Below, one piece after another: positions 61,701 to 64,000 of a stretch of 64,000 nucleotides of DNA. This DNA comes from Candidatus Poribacteria bacterium. GTDB taxonomy: Bacteria > Poribacteria > WGA-4E > WGA-3G. The stretch is taken from the NCBI GenBank assembly GCA_963663765.2, contig CAXXUA010000011.1:64001-128000 (forward strand), written 5' to 3'. The notes below the pieces were generated by a model, which saw only the letters and a program-made list of their open reading frames with translations, did no database searches and was not told where the DNA came from. Within the stretch, counting starts at the first letter, position 1, and each line of letters opens with the position of its first letter. Position numbers and translations under genes: made by a program.

Positions 61701-61890
61701 TGGTAGTCGTGCTTGAGTCAACAATTGTAACTGTTGCATTTGCAATAGGTTCTTTTGTGGCTTCAGCAGTGACGATACCGGATATCTTGCCTGTAGTCGC
61801 AGCATGCATACTTTGTATGAAGATGAAGTTGGTAAAGGTGAAAATACTCAAAATAATCAACCAAATTTTGAAGATATTATCTACTTTCAT
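58711..61890 (-). CDS. TonB-dependent receptor with carboxypeptidase-regulatory-like N-domain
   Basis: TTGKISG, plug LHIRGGR...YLIDG...TGGFNAEHG, GNPDLEPEKT, NIFN, terminal Phe. Confidence 0.9.
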   Translation of the reverse strand: MKVDNIFKIWLIILSIFTFTNFIFIQSMHAATTGKISGIVTAEATKEPIANATVTIVDSSTTTTTNESGYFVMTNISPGDYDIQVEITGYRSKTITESKVFAGLTTTVNFSLEASEVVELEGVTVTATKPLIKKDVTQTTRIIEKDEISSMPRDTVNGILQTQAGIAVLNSSGSLHIRGGRSMETKYLIDGIPVNDPIFRGLGLQISTNALEQMEVITGGFNAEHGDAQSGIINLITKVGTNKFKGSFRYRVGQWGQHHGDPVYGAWFDPDNDFRPIALEPFRGVFLGKPYEYQKPYRDAELSQLTVEDLENLEGDEKIVFTEIYPGVYIDRTVNPLQPVTDQETGEHMVDPDTGEIIMDRQPFKGADGTIIDYEKKQVTLFDGYIVDLEEYSGLFNDNKDYGLSPSHIGEFALSGPIWDNRLTFSFASQLRRDESYLPNSGSGGHTLQGKLKYEITPKVKLTASGLYDVREINRYGGSLRFVPNAIEVDNRDGRSLSVQLSHNINSGTFYTLTFGQFHRSYSSHQPGKVWEPLNKEFDENAWDPEITVDPVIAEQYPDPAIAVFMQNQIEGRIRNPAQQAYNDSTYFVAGDNNSWIDRNSTTSIFKGNYASQITENHQIQTGIEFSTNHLYYLGTTNYGSSNLYMEYYDVTPSSLSLYAQDKMEYSGMIVNIGLRYDRYDPDGISPKNPEDPLELNDDGTIKTIRHERSEDGKVQLVTSSGEEVKRDELPDYLTDLFDSFAREDKLIKSGLPIINEPVNASIKHMIAPRLGISFPITDQTKLHFTYGHYYQIPRGDDLYENLSFDMRGAIRRRGNPDLEPEKTIAYEVGIIQQFTDDLTVDITGFTKDINNLVSSVYVGINNDYSYFINDIYGRVQGFELAIRKWRTGNSPVSGMLSYTYSVAKGKGSSRALGYLTAYRSQPEVTESHPLDWDQRHIVSATLDIQLPFTSAVNLVGRYASGLPYTPNPRAPIKPAVNSKRYPATYNVDALISKRSKIRGITYTFFADIRNIFNTKNLYDLIDEVTYDRYGIPLSAQKHTSPASWSSPRLMMVGVSLDF

Positions 61891-61950
61891 TTAAATACTC
61901 CTTATCTTCGTAGATATGATATAAGATCATATACGGATGTTTAGCAAATC

Positions 61951-62745
61951 TTAGACATCTAAAACACTTTCAATAAATTTGAGGCTTTTTAAGTTCCTTC
62001 CGGTATGGTATTTGATGAAACGACTAAGTATCATTTTGAGTTCAAAATGATTTTGGGTCGAAGCGCGTAAACTCTTTAATTTATGCAACTCAATTTTTCT
62101 AAGTGTTTTTAACAATTCAGAACTTCCGGGTGATATTGTGAACGCAGATGGATCTCTGGAATTGCAGTTATCACATAGCATTCCGCCGGTTAAAACACTG
62201 AAGTAAAGTATGGGGGTTTGAGTTGTTGATTGAGATGACTTCTGAATGAAGGACGGAGTTATATCTGTTCCACAATTTGCACATATGGAAAGTTGTGGTG
62301 CGAATCCTGAAAGGTCAAGAAACTTAATTTCAAAATACCGTGCAAGTAATGACACATCATGTATATCTTCTAACAATTGGAATGAATTGCGAAGGAGGGC
62401 AAATATCTCAGAGTTCGCATCCCCTTCTGAAGCGACAGCATCAACCAATTCAGCTAAATAGCAACCGTACGAAATACGCGCAAAATCTGTACGTATACCG
62501 TCAAAACCTTCAATAAGTTCAAATCCTGAAAGGCTTTGTAAATCTCTATTTTCACGATAATTAAAAAGAAGCATACCGTGATTAAGTAGTTCTAAACTTC
62601 CGCTAAGTTTATTCTTTGGACTTTTTATACCATAAGCTACGGCTTTAATTTTCCCGAAATCGGTCGTATAAAAAGTGATGATTTTGTCAGCTTCACGTAT
62701 GGGAAAAGCACGCAATACAATAGCTGCAGTTTTTTGAGTTGGCAT
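61951..62745 (-). CDS. recO: DNA repair protein RecO
   Basis: EADKI...GKIKAVAYG, GFAPQLSICANCG, GGMLCDNC. Confidence 0.92.
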   Translation of the reverse strand: MPTQKTAAIVLRAFPIREADKIITFYTTDFGKIKAVAYGIKSPKNKLSGSLELLNHGMLLFNYRENRDLQSLSGFELIEGFDGIRTDFARISYGCYLAELVDAVASEGDANSEIFALLRNSFQLLEDIHDVSLLARYFEIKFLDLSGFAPQLSICANCGTDITPSFIQKSSQSTTQTPILYFSVLTGGMLCDNCNSRDPSAFTISPGSSELLKTLRKIELHKLKSLRASTQNHFELKMILSRFIKYHTGRNLKSLKFIESVLDV

Positions 62746-62784
62746 GTTTCAATATTTGATGATGTCTCAATAGGTGTGGGTAGA

Positions 62785-62859
<75 letters not shown>

Positions 62860-62913
62860 TTCTCTCATATAATTATATCTTACTTTGCTAACAATGTCAA
62901 ATCAAAATACATA

Positions 62914-63999
62914 TCATGAATCAGAGTCAAGAGTACTCATCTTTGGCATTTGTATTTTTACTCGTTGAATTCGCCGTTCGTCTGCTTCCAAAATTGTGAA
63001 TTCTATTCCTTTGTATGTGAAAACTGTATCTATTGCTGGTACTCTTCCAAGGTGGTCAACAATGTAACCACCGATAGTATCAATACTCTCGGCATCAAGT
63101 TCAGTATCCAATCTCTCATTTAATTCATCCAAGTTCATTCTTGCATCAATAGAAAAGGTGTCAGGAGCAATTTCTATGTATGCGTCTTCTTCATCTATTT
63201 CATCTTCATCTTGGATTTCACCAACAATCTCTTCAATAATATTCTCAAGTGTTACAATGCCTGCAGTTCCACCATACTCATCAACAACAATAGCAATATG
63301 CTGTTTGTGTCCTCGAAGTTCTCGAAACAATTCAGAAATATTTTTACTTTCAGGTGTAAAAAATGGTGAACGGTCAACAATGAGTTCTTCAAGTTTAATC
63401 GGTGTGTCATCTGCCCAACAATCCAACATGTCCTTGACATGCAATATACCTACAATTTGATCGATTGTCTCTTCGTAAATCGGAATTCTTGTATGACGAC
63501 ATGCAATCGTAGTCTGTAAAACTTCATCAGCAGGTGTTCCCACCTCAAGACACACCATGTCCGTTCGTGCTACCATGATTTCTCTCACAACTTTATCTGG
63601 CAGATCTAAAATACGTGAAATCATTTCACGGTTATCTTGATTTATCAAATCCATGCTTTGGGCAACATTATCAAGAGTTTCCAAAACCTCCGGTGAAACA
63701 AGACTATCTTGAACAGATGTTACCTTACCACCACAGATGCGGATAAATAAATTCACAAGAAAATTCAGAGGAATTAAAATTACAAATCCACCTAAATAAA
63801 CTATACGTAACGCACGCAAAGCATGAATAGTCGTTCCACTGGAACTATTCTGTACATAGTTTTTTGGGAATAGTTCTGTAAAAATAACAAGAAACAACAC
63901 TGCGATTATACCCGCCAAGATAAGGTTATCCCAAAAGGACATAAACAGAATTACACTACCAACCATTAGTAATGTTTTTGCTGTAATTATGGTCAATGA
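62914..63999 (-). CDS. hemolysin/CorC-type CNNM-CBS protein (5' partial)
   Basis: ELFPK, VREIMVAR, HTRIPIY, VVDEYGGTAGIVTLE.IIEEIVGEI.DE; frame open to the window edge. Confidence 0.9.
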   Translation of the reverse strand, partial: SLTIITAKTLLMVGSVILFMSFWDNLILAGIIAVLFLVIFTELFPKNYVQNSSSGTTIHALRALRIVYLGGFVILIPLNFLVNLFIRICGGKVTSVQDSLVSPEVLETLDNVAQSMDLINQDNREMISRILDLPDKVVREIMVARTDMVCLEVGTPADEVLQTTIACRHTRIPIYEETIDQIVGILHVKDMLDCWADDTPIKLEELIVDRSPFFTPESKNISELFRELRGHKQHIAIVVDEYGGTAGIVTLENIIEEIVGEIQDEDEIDEEDAYIEIAPDTFSIDARMNLDELNERLDTELDAESIDTIGGYIVDHLGRVPAIDTVFTYKGIEFTILEADERRIQRVKIQMPKMSTLDSDS

Positions 64000-64000
64000 G

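Overview
AT-rich bacterial chromosome segment. The gene inventory (expanded WD40 propellers, ECF sigma-WD40 fusions, PhyH dioxygenases, Gfo/Idh/MocA oxidoreductases, sulfatase, DUF6785-type membrane protein) resembles Candidatus Poribacteria; this is an inference only. 1-17.4 kb: seven tandem WD40 genes, four fused to an N-terminal ECF sigma factor. Three of these share an upstream GCAACC-N17-YGTCAC promoter-like motif, and two sigma genes are paired with a stand-alone propeller of matching predicted localisation. 17.8-33.8 kb and 43-50 kb: housekeeping and catabolic genes (hisD, murA, truA, nnr, ECF-transporter ATPase, B12 radical SAM, enolase-superfamily dehydratase, sulfatase). 35.9-41 kb: a duplicated cassette of a histidine-triad (HGDHWH) membrane protein plus a secreted protein; the second copy is decayed. 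50-62 kb: TonB-dependent receptor, T9SS-CTD-like protein and PorV-like gene, with a BrnTA toxin-antitoxin pair and other genes lying between them; then recO, tRNA-Pro(CGG) and a partial CBS/CorC gene. Intergenic DNA is packed with nested non-autonomous mobile elements (several TIR/TSD classes), REP-like hairpins, two REP-derived tandem arrays (not CRISPR) and a small TSD-less hairpin-plus-octamer insertion element. No transposase, cas gene or reverse transcriptase is recognisable. All protein calls come from motif recognition by eye, not from database searches.
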